Source: a virus (Duplodnaviria; Caudoviricetes). Taken from it: a DNA stretch of 40,280 bases. The stretch is taken from positions 1-40,280 of the IMG/VR virus record IMGVR_UViG_3300020045_016970; one strand, written 5' to 3'. Below the pieces are notes generated by a model, which was given only the letters and a program-made list of their open reading frames with translations, ran no database searches and had not been told where the DNA came from. This document shows positions 17,605-26,837 of this stretch, piece after piece. How positions within the stretch are numbered: position 1 is the stretch's first letter; every line of letters begins with the position of its first letter. The translations under genes were made by a program, and so were the position numbers.

Positions 17605-18072
17605 ATGGCTGATACAGCAGTAACAATCGCTTCAAATCGGGTCACTCCGCTCTCCGAACAGGAACAGGCGGCTACCGGGTATAACTGCCGGTTTCGCGTC
17701 AATGTCACCGACATCGACGTGGGCACCGGCGCAACCGACACCGTTACGATGACGCTCGGTGCCACGCCGGCAAAGTGGTACATCGACAAGGCGGGCGTCA
17801 ACATCACGACGGCGTTTGCCGGCATCACCGTGATGTCGATCATCGTCGGAACGACCACATCAACCGCCGCGCTCATTTCGTCTACGTCAATTCTGACGGC
17901 GGCGTTCTTGAACATGACGGTCGGTACGCCGATTCTGACGAACACCACGGCGACGGCGGCGAAGAACCTCGTCGCTACGTTCACGGCGGCAGGCACAGGT
18001 GGTCCGGCGGGTCTGACGGCAGGCCAGTTGGACATTTATCTGAACCTCGTGAACACCTCGCTCCTTCCGTAA
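17605..18072 (+). CDS. Putative capsid decoration/cement protein
   Basis: 155 aa, Thr-rich beta protein directly after the MCP. Confidence 0.6.
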   Translation: MADTAVTIASNRVTPLSEQEQAATGYNCRFRVNVTDIDVGTGATDTVTMTLGATPAKWYIDKAGVNITTAFAGITVMSIIVGTTTSTAALISSTSILTAAFLNMTVGTPILTNTTATAAKNLVATFTAAGTGGPAGLTAGQLDIYLNLVNTSLLP

Positions 18073-18098
18073 AAACGCGGGAGTTTTCATGATGACCA

Positions 18099-18145
18099 GC
18101 GGGTGCGGTTTTGCTTTTCGCGAGCCGCATCCGCTTTCCCTTTTT
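18099..18145 (+). terminator. Intrinsic terminator after capsid genes
   Basis: GCGGGTGCGGTT...AGCCGCATCCGC hairpin followed by TTTCCCTTTTT. Confidence 0.65.
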
Positions 18146-18150
18146 GCCCG

Positions 18151-18525
18151 ATGAGCGACCAAATCCAGACCATCGCGCCGCTGCCACTGATCTCGGAACT
18201 GCCGGACGGATTCCTGCGCGAATTCGAGGCGGAGATCCTTGGGCGCGTGCCGCAGGAGAAAATCGACGCGCAGTTGAAGATCGAGAAAACAGCGCGCGTC
18301 ATGCGTCAGGCCGGCTCGGTGATGATGGAAGGACTTGGGCAGAAGATCGCCCAGATTCCGGCTCGCCTCTACTTCCGCTGCCTTCACGACATGGGCAAGC
18401 ACAGCGACAACTGGCTCGATGATTTGCTTCGGGACAACCCGGCGCTCTGCGCCCCTGGATTCCGCCCGCGCCGCCGGGATGATTTCCGCCACGGCAAGAC
18501 GTTCATTGGCGGCAAGCCCGTGTGA
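18151..18525 (+). CDS. Hypothetical protein (124 aa)
   Basis: ATG 18151 (MSDQIQ) within track ORF 18103..18525. Confidence 0.7.
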   Translation: MSDQIQTIAPLPLISELPDGFLREFEAEILGRVPQEKIDAQLKIEKTARVMRQAGSVMMEGLGQKIAQIPARLYFRCLHDMGKHSDNWLDDLLRDNPALCAPGFRPRRRDDFRHGKTFIGGKPV

Positions 18526-18701
18526 TGAAGACCACGACCACCTACCGCATTCACTGGCGCACGCTCTCGCTCTGGCGGCAGCGGAACTACCCGGTGCGCT
18601 GCGAAGTGTCTGGCACCGCCTTTTACCGCACCGAGTCAATCTGTCTCTTTAGCCTACTTCCACCTTGGCCCGCAAAGTTACCCATTACTCGACGTTTCTA
18701 A
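18525..18701 (+). CDS. Possible small ORF (58 aa)
   Basis: Manually read MKTTTTYRIHW...; TGATG overlap; overlaps the next gene by 37 nt. Confidence 0.3.
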   Translation: MKTTTTYRIHWRTLSLWRQRNYPVRCEVSGTAFYRTESICLFSLLPPWPAKLPITRRF

Positions 18702-19993
18702 CGAGCATCGCCGGGCTAATCGGCGTTCCCACCAGTCGGATTACGACGGAGATGGGGGCGTCACTGAATGCGCTTTTCAACACGTCGATTGGCAAGTTCT
18801 GGGGGCAGGCACCGTGGCTCGAAACGTCGCCCTACGGCGAGGCTCGCTTCCTTGGCAACCGGCTGACGTATCCGAACAACCTGACGAAGACGGCCAACTG
18901 GACGGCCACGGCGGTCACGCTCACGGCGAACAGCGTCGCCAACCCGGCGGACGGCGGCGTGACGGCGAGCAAGATGATGGAAACCGGCGCGTCGTCGGCG
19001 CACAAGGTTGTCCAGACGGTGGCGACATTTTACCCGTCAACGAACTTCAAGGTGTCGTTTTACGCGCGGCCCAACGGGCGCTCGCACGTTTACCTTTCGG
19101 TGACGGACGGGGTGACGACGTACACGGCGTTTTTCAACGTCACGGCCGGCACGGTTGGCACCACCGCGAATTTCACGACCACCACGATTGCCCAGCAACC
19201 GAATGGTTTCTGGCTTTGCACGGCGACCTTTACGGCAGACGCCGCCGCCACGACATCGGGGAGCGTGACGGTGCAGCTTTCCAGCGATGGCTCGACGCTT
19301 TCCTACACGGGCGACACCGCCAAGGGCGCGTATGTCTGGGGTGTTCTTGCGCAGCAGACCACCAACGTGCCGGTGCAGGACAACACGCTGGCGTGGGATC
19401 AGACGGGCGAAAATTCCATCAATGTAATCTACGACGTGTTCGCCACCCCGCCGTTTTCGTCGAACCTGCCGGCGCGGCTCGGCTACAATCTGACGCCGAA
19501 TGGAATCCAGATCGTCAACGGGGCACCGTACTATTATCCCAACTACGCGAGCGGGGTGGCGCAAAACAGCATCTACGGGGCGCCGCCGCAGAACCCGATT
19601 TACATCTACTACGGGAAGACGGCACCGAGTTTCACGGGGAGCACCTTCAGCGCCACCGCCACCTATGCGGTGGACGACCAGGTTTATTACACCAACACCG
19701 CCGGGCATGGCGATTACTGGAAGTGCATCGTTGCCACGTCGGCGGGGCAAGACCCGGACGACACGCCAACGAGCTGGGAACTCATCACGCTTTACGAGGT
19801 GTTTCTCGACCTTTGCCTCTACCAAGTGCTGGGCGACTGGCTGATTTCGGACGGGCAGATGGAGAAAGCCGCCGGTGCCTACGCCATCGCCGAGACGCGC
19901 CGCCTCGACGTGATGGACATGAACGAGCGGCAAATGCAGGTCATGCCAGTCATGAAAGTTTCCACTCACGTAACTTCGCGGTCCCCGCGCTAA
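18665..19993 (+). CDS. Head-tail adaptor (tail tubular A-like) with inserted carbohydrate-binding-like domains
   Basis: Helical N- and C-termini; central beta-sandwich (NRLTYPNN...NGFWLC...YVWGV) and CBM5/12-like YAVDDQVYY..YWKC..P..W. Confidence 0.6.
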   Translation: MARKVTHYSTFLTSIAGLIGVPTSRITTEMGASLNALFNTSIGKFWGQAPWLETSPYGEARFLGNRLTYPNNLTKTANWTATAVTLTANSVANPADGGVTASKMMETGASSAHKVVQTVATFYPSTNFKVSFYARPNGRSHVYLSVTDGVTTYTAFFNVTAGTVGTTANFTTTTIAQQPNGFWLCTATFTADAAATTSGSVTVQLSSDGSTLSYTGDTAKGAYVWGVLAQQTTNVPVQDNTLAWDQTGENSINVIYDVFATPPFSSNLPARLGYNLTPNGIQIVNGAPYYYPNYASGVAQNSIYGAPPQNPIYIYYGKTAPSFTGSTFSATATYAVDDQVYYTNTAGHGDYWKCIVATSAGQDPDDTPTSWELITLYEVFLDLCLYQVLGDWLISDGQMEKAAGAYAIAETRRLDVMDMNERQMQVMPVMKVSTHVTSRSPR

Positions 19994-20017
19994 GAAAAAC
20001 TCATAACCACCACCACA

Positions 20018-20341
20018 ATGGGAGCCTACAACCTCAACAATCTCTTTCCAAAGCCGGCCTATGCGTCCAGCGCCGCCGTCGCCGACCAGCGGCTCACCGT
20101 CAGCAGCACGGCCATCGCCTTTCAGACCACCTTCAATTCCATCACCGATCTCGTGGTGCTGGACGTGCAGGGGGCGGACGTGATGGTGACGTTTGATGGC
20201 AGCGACCCGACGACGACCAATGGACATCGCCTGTACGACGCCAGCCATTATACTTGGAGCCGGGCCACGGCTGCGGCGGCGAAGTTCATCCGGCAGGCTG
20301 GGGCCGACGCGGATATTCACGCGAGCGAGTTCCAAATCTAA
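20018..20341 (+). CDS. Virion structural protein (107 aa)
   Basis: Beta-rich, VMVTFDGSDPTTTNG motif, in the structural operon. Confidence 0.65.
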   Translation: MGAYNLNNLFPKPAYASSAAVADQRLTVSSTAIAFQTTFNSITDLVVLDVQGADVMVTFDGSDPTTTNGHRLYDASHYTWSRATAAAAKFIRQAGADADIHASEFQI

Positions 20342-20359
20342 GCGCGGGGCGCGACGACC

Positions 20360-20557
20360 ATGCAACTGCTCGGCTCATTCACAAACCCGATGGGCGACCG
20401 CGTGGCGACGGGGCTTGCGGCGACGGTCATTGGCACGACGGGCGGGCAGGACTCGTACTACCCGGTTCAGGGCGCGCTGCTGGCATCGGGCGGCGTTGAC
20501 GACGGCAAATTTTTGACGACCTCTGGCGGCGACCACATTATTTACGCGATAGACTAA
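20360..20557 (+). CDS. Small virion protein (65 aa)
   Basis: Ends FLTTSGGDHII; precedes a fibre gene. Confidence 0.6.
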   Translation: MQLLGSFTNPMGDRVATGLAATVIGTTGGQDSYYPVQGALLASGGVDDGKFLTTSGGDHIIYAID

Positions 20558-20569
20558 CTCCACACTCTC

Positions 20570-21304
20570 ATGGCTGACATTCGCATCAACGCACTTACAA
20601 CCACGGCGGCAACCACGGCGGCAGACGACTTTCTGCCCATTGACGGCACGGTGACGGGCACGCGGAAACTGAGCGCGGCGACGCCCGCCTTCCTGACGAG
20701 CGTGACGGTGCCGCTGGTGACGAGCGCGGCGGGGGCGGCGCTGGCGTTGAAAACGGCGACATCGGGGCTAGGGATTTCCATTGCGAGTGCGACCGGCAAT
20801 GTGACCTGCGCTTCGACTGGTGCCCACGTATTTGGCACGACGAATACGGTGACAATCGAGGCTGGAACGGCCACCGCCACCGGAAATTTCATTGTTGGCG
20901 ACGGGCAGCTTTTGGGCTTCGGCGCGGGCACGACATCGGTACAAGGGAACTCGGCCACTCAATCGGTAAACGTAAACATCAACAGTGTGCTTCAGGCGCA
21001 GTTCACGGCAACAGCGTTGACGCTCAATTATACCGCCGACTCGACCACAAAGGACACCGGCGGTTTGATTTTGCAGGGTGGTCTCGGTGTTGAAAAAGCC
21101 GCAACGATTGGCACGACATTAACAGCAGTTGGCGGTTTCGGCTGTAACACCAAGGCCGCGCAACCCGCCTACGCCTCGGGCGGCGCTCTCGCGGCCTACG
21201 GCGCTGGGGCAAACGGCTTTGACTCCGGGGCCAACGCTTCCGCGCTTCACGCGATGGTTGTATCCATCCGCGCCGCACTTGTCGCCAACGGCATTATGTC
21301 TTGA
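20570..21304 (+). CDS. Fibre-like virion protein
   Basis: MADIRINALT N-terminus; T/A/G-rich; TGGLILQGGLGVEK fibre-type repeat. Confidence 0.65.
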   Translation: MADIRINALTTTAATTAADDFLPIDGTVTGTRKLSAATPAFLTSVTVPLVTSAAGAALALKTATSGLGISIASATGNVTCASTGAHVFGTTNTVTIEAGTATATGNFIVGDGQLLGFGAGTTSVQGNSATQSVNVNINSVLQAQFTATALTLNYTADSTTKDTGGLILQGGLGVEKAATIGTTLTAVGGFGCNTKAAQPAYASGGALAAYGAGANGFDSGANASALHAMVVSIRAALVANGIMS

Positions 21305-21309
21305 TCGCC

Positions 21310-21462
21310 ATGACGCCGAAACAGGCCATCGAAATCCTCATCCCGTTCCTGAACCGGCTCACGCTTTCGCCCGCCGAGGCGTGGGCAATCAACGAGGCGG
21401 TGAAAGTCTTGTCGCCTTCCCCGTCGTCCGAAGCCACCAACCAAGCCAAAGCGCCGGACTAG
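21310..21462 (+). CDS. Small hypothetical protein (50 aa), possible fibre chaperone
   Basis: Manually read MTPKQAIEILIPFLNRLTLSPAEAWAINEAVKVL...; fills the gap. Confidence 0.55.
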   Translation: MTPKQAIEILIPFLNRLTLSPAEAWAINEAVKVLSPSPSSEATNQAKAPD

Positions 21463-21467
21463 TACCC

Positions 21468-22889
21468 ATGACAATGATTCGCGGCATCCTTCCAGGAATG
21501 ATTCTCCACCGTGGCACCACGGCGGAGAACGCGGCGTTTACTGGATTACTGAGTGAGGTTACGGTTGATACTGATTTGTGGTCGCTGCGGGTGCATGATG
21601 GCGAAACCGTGGGCGGTTTTCAGGTCACTCCTACGCTGAGCGTGAAATTATTCGGAGCGAAGGGCGACGGAGTGACGGATGACACCGAAGCAATTCAGGC
21701 TGCGATGGCCTACGCAGTATCTGTTAGTGGTGCTACCATCCTGTTCCCTCGCGGTGTTTATCCATGTACGGAGCAGATCGATCTCCCGGCCAACACGCTG
21801 CTGATCGGCGAAGGGCGAATTTTGTCATACATGCAGTTCTCGCACACTGGGGCCGGCGTGAAAAGCACATCGCCAGTAAACTCCTCAACTGCGGTACGCT
21901 CTGGTATGCGGCACATCGGAATTGTCGGAACCAATGGAAGCAATACCGACGGCGGTTTTGTGGACGTGTGCGGAACCTACATCAATCTGTACGATGTCTA
22001 CGTGCAGGGTTTCAAGCACTGCATCATTTTTGACCAGACCGAGATTTCATCCATCATCAACTGCGAGTTGCTGATTACCAACACCAGCGGCTTAAACGGA
22101 ATTTGGCTGGTGAATGGCGATGGTGATTATGCCGCCGCCACCTCGCAGGGATTCACCAACGTAATCACGATCAGTGGCAATCAGATTAACTCCAATAACA
22201 CCACTGGCGTATCTTCAATCTTGGACGACGGGGGTTCTAATCATGTCATTGTTGGAAATAATTGCAACGCGGGGGCTGTTGCCATTCGGATGGCTGGGGT
22301 GAGTGGAATCGTGCAGGGCAACACTTGTGAGGGGCAATTGACCAGCGACATACTTCTGCGCAGTTCCAAGGCCAGCGGAACGTATGTTGGGCCTTGCACC
22401 GGATTGACCTTATCCGCGAACGCGCTGTCTTCCAATGGTTGCACGCAAAACATACAAGTGACTGATGCGGTCAACTGCCTCATCACAGGCAACGTCATGG
22501 CTCAAGCCGTCACGGCCTGCATCAATTTCGACGGGGGTACCAACAACCAGTCTAGCGGGGTCGTGATTGAAGGGAATGCCAAGTCAGTGCGCGGAAGCGG
22601 TAAAACAGCGGCTCCGTTTATCGCCGGCAACGCAGCCGTTCTGGCGGTGCAGAAAAGTCGTCAGGTGGCGCAAACTTACGTGTCGCTCGGTCTATCTGCG
22701 GGTGCGCGCACCGTCACTCCGCAGAGCATGGAGGGGATTAGCGCCACCAATACAATCACCTGCCAAAATGCCGACGGGACGAATTTCGAGCGGGTTGTGG
22801 TGAGTGCTGTTACGGCCACCACTTTTGACGCTACTTTCGCTTCCGACAAAGCAGTCAATTGGGTTATCGGCGGAACGGCTTATATCTAA
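21468..22889 (+). CDS. Tailspike/depolymerase: Mtd_N-like anchor plus pectate-lyase-like beta-helix
   Basis: HRGTTAENAAFTG..EVTVDTD..LRVHDGETVGG (Mtd N-domain); VKLFGAKGDGVTDDTEAIQAA; repeated I.GN motifs; ATG 21468 preferred. Confidence 0.85.
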   Translation: MTMIRGILPGMILHRGTTAENAAFTGLLSEVTVDTDLWSLRVHDGETVGGFQVTPTLSVKLFGAKGDGVTDDTEAIQAAMAYAVSVSGATILFPRGVYPCTEQIDLPANTLLIGEGRILSYMQFSHTGAGVKSTSPVNSSTAVRSGMRHIGIVGTNGSNTDGGFVDVCGTYINLYDVYVQGFKHCIIFDQTEISSIINCELLITNTSGLNGIWLVNGDGDYAAATSQGFTNVITISGNQINSNNTTGVSSILDDGGSNHVIVGNNCNAGAVAIRMAGVSGIVQGNTCEGQLTSDILLRSSKASGTYVGPCTGLTLSANALSSNGCTQNIQVTDAVNCLITGNVMAQAVTACINFDGGTNNQSSGVVIEGNAKSVRGSGKTAAPFIAGNAAVLAVQKSRQVAQTYVSLGLSAGARTVTPQSMEGISATNTITCQNADGTNFERVVVSAVTATTFDATFASDKAVNWVIGGTAYI

Positions 22890-22905
22890 TGATCGCGTGT
22901 GCCCA

Positions 22906-23139
22906 ATGAAAAAGCTACTCGTCGCCTTCCTCTTGATTACCTCAGTCGCCAGTTCGGGCGACCCGTTTGAACTTGCGGTGGTGATCCCTGAAAGCGTGCT
23001 GCTTCACCGCGCCCGCTACGCGGAAATGTATTCCTACATTTTCGCGCAAGATGCGTACATGGCGGGTTTTTTCGCCGGCCGCGCCGGAGCTTACCGCGAA
23101 CTGCTGGCCGACATTGAATTTTTCAAACCGAAACCGTGA
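22906..23139 (+). CDS. Small protein with signal-peptide-like N-terminus (77 aa)
   Basis: MKKLLVAFLLITSVASS; GTGA overlap with the nozzle gene. Confidence 0.55.
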   Translation: MKKLLVAFLLITSVASSGDPFELAVVIPESVLLHRARYAEMYSYIFAQDAYMAGFFAGRAGAYRELLADIEFFKPKP

Positions 23140-25682
23140 GTCGCTACCGCTCATATTCCCAGCTTGACGACGCGCCGCAGGAAAACGGCGACAGCAACTT
23201 CGTCGGCGTGAATCAGTACGACGCCCCGGAAAACCTCCAACCTGGGCAGGCGCAAGAGGCGACAAACATCGACTTCACGAAGGGCGACGCCGAGACGCGC
23301 GGCGGCTGGGTGTGCCTGCCAGAACTGGGGGCGACGCCATTTGGCACGGCCTGGACCGCGCAGACGAGCGCCGCCGACAACAACTATACGAGCATCGCCT
23401 ACGGGAATGGCACCTACGTTGCCGTCGCCAACACCGGAACCGGGAATCGTGTGATGACCTCGCCGGATGGACGTACTTGGACGGCGCGCACGAGCGCAGC
23501 CGACCTTGCTTGGAATAGTGTGACGTTCGGCAATGGCCTCTTCGTCGCCGTCGCCGCCACTAACGACGCGAATCCGATCATGACGAGTCCCACCGGGATT
23601 ACGTGGACAAGTCGCGCGGCATCGCTTGCTGGCGGCATTCTAGAATCAGTCGCTTACGGTGATGGATATTTTGTCGCAGTAGGGTCTGGTGGTGCCGGAA
23701 CGTTAAAGTCTACGGATGGCATCACATGGAGCGCCGTCCTCGGTGGCATTGATGTTGTCGGAGCAAGAATCACTTTCGGCAACGGGCGGTTCGTTACGGT
23801 CGCACCAACTACGCCGTATGCTTGGCACACCACGGTTGATCTCAGTTTTTCGTTCACATCCGCCACCACAACCGTCGCCCGCACATGGAACAGCGTGGCC
23901 TACGGCAATGACCTTTACGTCGCGGTCGCCTCCAGCGGCACCGGCACGCGCGTGATGACTTCGCCGGACGGTGACGTGTGGACCGCCCGCACTTCCGCAG
24001 CCGACAACGACTGGCGCGGCGTCGCCTTCGGGTCCGGCCAATTCGTCGCCGTCTCCGAGACGGGCAGCGCCACCCGCGTCATGGCTTCGACGGACGGCAC
24101 CACTTGGGTCACGCGTGCCACCTCGACTGACAACGACTGGCAGGCCGTCGTCTTCGGAGGCACCGCCTTTGTCGCCGTGTCCGACACCGGCACCGGCACA
24201 CGCGCCATGCGCCAGTCCACCGCCGCCGTCTTCGCATCCGGCACCTACTCCGACCCCAACGCCACCGAGGACCTCTGGACGGTCTTGGTCGGGGCGAGCG
24301 CGGCCGGCTTCTACGCCTTCGGCAAAACATCGCACACCATCGACTACCCGGCCGGCGTGACTATCACGCTGCAATCGACCGTCGTTCAGGCGAACAACAT
24401 CCTCTTCATCTTCCCCGGCGAGGGGCAAACGCCGATCCAGTGGTCCGGTAATTGGTCCGAAGATTTCGTCACGGTGCCGGCGTCCACCCTCGGCGTCGGC
24501 TTTTCATCCGTCCCACAGAGCAACCAAGCGACCTACTACCAAAACCGTCTTTGGGTGGTGAACGGCAAGGATGCCATCGCCGCCTCCGACGTGCTCGACT
24601 TTGAGGAATACGACGCGCTCGCCGCCGACTTCAACCTCAACACCGGCAGCGCGGACTACGTGGTTCGCACCATCCCGTTTGGCGACAACTCCCTCGTCGT
24701 CTTCAAGCACAACTCTTCAATCCTTCTGCAAAACGTAGAGGGCTCGCTCGTTGATGTGGTTTCCACCGAGATTTCCCGCAACCTCGGCATCAGTGGCATC
24801 AACGCCGTTACCGCCGTCGGCCTTGATCTCGTCTACGTGTCCGACCGCAACATCACGTCGATCCGCCTCAACCTTCAGAACAAGCTGCAAAACGTGACCG
24901 AGCCGCTTTCGCGCAACATCAACCCGATTCTGCGGCGCGTGAACTGGACTTACGGCTACAAGATTTCGATGGGATACTGGAACAATCTCCTCTTCGTAGC
25001 CCTCCCACTCGACCAAGCGACGACTTGCAGCACCGTCGTGGTTTTCAATTTCGTCACGCAGCAATGGTACGGCGAGTGGAATTTCGACGCCTCGATCAAC
25101 ATGGCCGTCCAAGGCTTCGTGGTGGCGAACTACCTCGGGCAACTCCGTCTCCATGCAATCACGGAGGACGGGCGGATTTTCGTGACCGACAACGGCCAGA
25201 ACGACATCAGCGGAACGACGGTGGCGGAAATCACGACCTCGCTCACGACGCGCGCCTATTCGATTGGCACGGGTATTCACGCCCCCCGGCGCGTCTACAT
25301 GGACCTTTCCACCAATCGCCCCAATTTCAGCGTAACGGCCTATTCCGATGGGGCCAACGAGTCCACCGTCGAACTCGCCTCACAAACCTTCTCGCGCGCC
25401 GATTCGTGGCTTTGGAACGATACGGCCTACGACGTGACGAATGCCAACAACGACTACAACCGCGCCTACCGTCAGGATTACTCCACCGGCCCTGACAGCG
25501 TGCAATGCGGGGCGAGCGGCTTACAACCGGAGATGACGCAAGACCTGCGCTTCCCGCTCATCACGCGACGTCACGGGCGATTGAGTTGGTTCAAGGTGGA
25601 AAACTCTCAAGGCTTCTTCCGCCTCAACACGCTTGGCATCGACGCCAGCGAAAGCGACCGCAGCAACCGCGTAACCGTTTAA
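23136..25682 (+). CDS. Tail nozzle/stabilization protein (tail tubular B-like) with inserted 7-repeat beta-propeller
   Basis: F.GVN..DAP..L.PGQ...A.NIDF...AETRGG start; YQNRLWV, LVVFK, SEPLS-type segments; seven W..RTS...YGNG.FVAV repeats. Confidence 0.78.
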   Translation: MSRYRSYSQLDDAPQENGDSNFVGVNQYDAPENLQPGQAQEATNIDFTKGDAETRGGWVCLPELGATPFGTAWTAQTSAADNNYTSIAYGNGTYVAVANTGTGNRVMTSPDGRTWTARTSAADLAWNSVTFGNGLFVAVAATNDANPIMTSPTGITWTSRAASLAGGILESVAYGDGYFVAVGSGGAGTLKSTDGITWSAVLGGIDVVGARITFGNGRFVTVAPTTPYAWHTTVDLSFSFTSATTTVARTWNSVAYGNDLYVAVASSGTGTRVMTSPDGDVWTARTSAADNDWRGVAFGSGQFVAVSETGSATRVMASTDGTTWVTRATSTDNDWQAVVFGGTAFVAVSDTGTGTRAMRQSTAAVFASGTYSDPNATEDLWTVLVGASAAGFYAFGKTSHTIDYPAGVTITLQSTVVQANNILFIFPGEGQTPIQWSGNWSEDFVTVPASTLGVGFSSVPQSNQATYYQNRLWVVNGKDAIAASDVLDFEEYDALAADFNLNTGSADYVVRTIPFGDNSLVVFKHNSSILLQNVEGSLVDVVSTEISRNLGISGINAVTAVGLDLVYVSDRNITSIRLNLQNKLQNVTEPLSRNINPILRRVNWTYGYKISMGYWNNLLFVALPLDQATTCSTVVVFNFVTQQWYGEWNFDASINMAVQGFVVANYLGQLRLHAITEDGRIFVTDNGQNDISGTTVAEITTSLTTRAYSIGTGIHAPRRVYMDLSTNRPNFSVTAYSDGANESTVELASQTFSRADSWLWNDTAYDVTNANNDYNRAYRQDYSTGPDSVQCGASGLQPEMTQDLRFPLITRRHGRLSWFKVENSQGFFRLNTLGIDASESDRSNRVTV
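23352..24215 (+). repeat. Seven ~42-aa intragenic repeats (beta-propeller blades)
   Basis: WTARTSAADxxWxSVAYGNGxFVAVAxxGTGxRVMTSPDG consensus; DNA similarity between 23451 and 23952. Confidence 0.85.
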
Positions 25683-25686
25683 CAAA

Positions 25687-26319
25687 ATGAATTTAGAGAC
25701 AGATATTACAATTCAAGAAGCAGATCCACGAACTTTGTTTGATGTGACAAAGATAAAAACTGTGTGTGTGCGCGGGCATGAAATGATACCCAAGAACATG
25801 TCGTGCAATAAAAAGGGCCAAAGAATTTGCCGATTATGCAGAAATGAAAATCAGCTAAATTATACCAGAAGGAAAAACGGAGAAGACATTCCTACGCTGG
25901 GGCAAGTCCAGACCCATTGCAAAAGAGGTCACGAGTTTACTTCTGAAAATACGAAAATATCTAAAGCTGGAAGTCGAATATGCCGGAAGTGTTACGCGTT
26001 ACGACGAAAACATTATTGTTCGATAGGTGCTGAATTTATCAAGAAAGAATGGCGTCAAAGGAACCTAAAACGATACGGTTTAACTAAAAGCACATACGAT
26101 GAGATGCTGGTGCGGCAAAGCGGAGTATGCTTAATTTGTTTGAATCCGCCAATCCGTAGATTTTTGGATGTTGATCACGACCATAAAACCGGGGTTGTTC
26201 GAGGTCTTCTTTGTGAAAAATGCAATAAAGGGCTTGGTCATTTCAAAGACGACCCCAAATTACTTATAGCAGCAGCATCATATTTGATGCCAAAAAAACA
26301 AATGGAGGCTTCGTCGTAA
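25687..26319 (+). CDS. Endonuclease VII-like homing endonuclease
   Basis: Two CxRGHE...CRxC zinc modules; RYGLT..Y..M..RQ.GVC.IC; LDVDHDHKTG.VRGLLC..CN.GLG.FKDD; AT-rich. Confidence 0.9.
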   Translation: MNLETDITIQEADPRTLFDVTKIKTVCVRGHEMIPKNMSCNKKGQRICRLCRNENQLNYTRRKNGEDIPTLGQVQTHCKRGHEFTSENTKISKAGSRICRKCYALRRKHYCSIGAEFIKKEWRQRNLKRYGLTKSTYDEMLVRQSGVCLICLNPPIRRFLDVDHDHKTGVVRGLLCEKCNKGLGHFKDDPKLLIAAASYLMPKKQMEASS

Positions 26320-26333
26320 GACGATGAATTAAA

Positions 26334-26828
26334 ATCGCAAACGTAACCCCAGGATATGTCGTTCCGAGCAGCACCGACCCGATTACGGCCGCGAAGCTGA
26401 ATTTGATTGCGACCCCAACCGTCGCAGTCGGCACCGCCGAAGTCGGCACGACGCAGCTCGCCGCGAACATTTCGATCAGCGGACTGACGATTGCCGCGAA
26501 CACACCCCTCATCGGCTCCGCCACGACCGAATCATTTTCGGGTGCCATCACGCTCACCATCTCGACCGCTAAGGGAAACGCCCGCATCATCGCCTGCACG
26601 TCGAACACGGCTTCGACCATTACGCCCAGCGCGGGCGGCACGGCCGGGCAGGAAATGACACTTCTCTTTTCGACCGACGCGACCGGCGGCAACGTCATCA
26701 CATACGCCTCGCCGTTCAAGAGCATCGGCACGCACACGCTGACGGGCGCGAGCAAGTATTTCACGTCCACCTTCCGCAGCAACGGAACGTACTGGCTAGA
26801 GGTGGCCCGCACCGCAGCCCTCAGCTAA
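26334..26828 (+). CDS. Virion protein (fibre/needle-like); start codon uncertain
   Basis: Frame extends upstream of TTG 26403 as ANVTPGYVVPSSTDPITAAKLNL, preceded only by ATC/ATT. Confidence 0.6.
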   Translation: MANVTPGYVVPSSTDPITAAKLNLIATPTVAVGTAEVGTTQLAANISISGLTIAANTPLIGSATTESFSGAITLTISTAKGNARIIACTSNTASTITPSAGGTAGQEMTLLFSTDATGGNVITYASPFKSIGTHTLTGASKYFTSTFRSNGTYWLEVARTAALS

Positions 26829-26837
26829 CTCACTACC

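Noticed and set aside
18814-20365. Long alternative-frame or antisense ORFs (18814..20196 +, 19037..20365 -; also 663..1484, 7478..8443, 27888..29048)
   Set aside because: Arg-rich shadow ORFs expected from high-GC3 coding on another frame; no motifs
21468-22889. Diversity-generating retroelement suggested by the Mtd_N-like domain
   Set aside because: Only the N-terminal anchor is Mtd-like; no reverse transcriptase, Avd or adenine-variable TR/VR pair was seen in the window
23352-24215. CRISPR array
   Set aside because: Repeats are degenerate, in-frame protein repeats without unique spacers
25683-26336. Group I intron around the EndoVII gene
   Set aside because: Only a few non-coding nucleotides flank the ORF, too little for a catalytic core, and no terminal G at the expected junction
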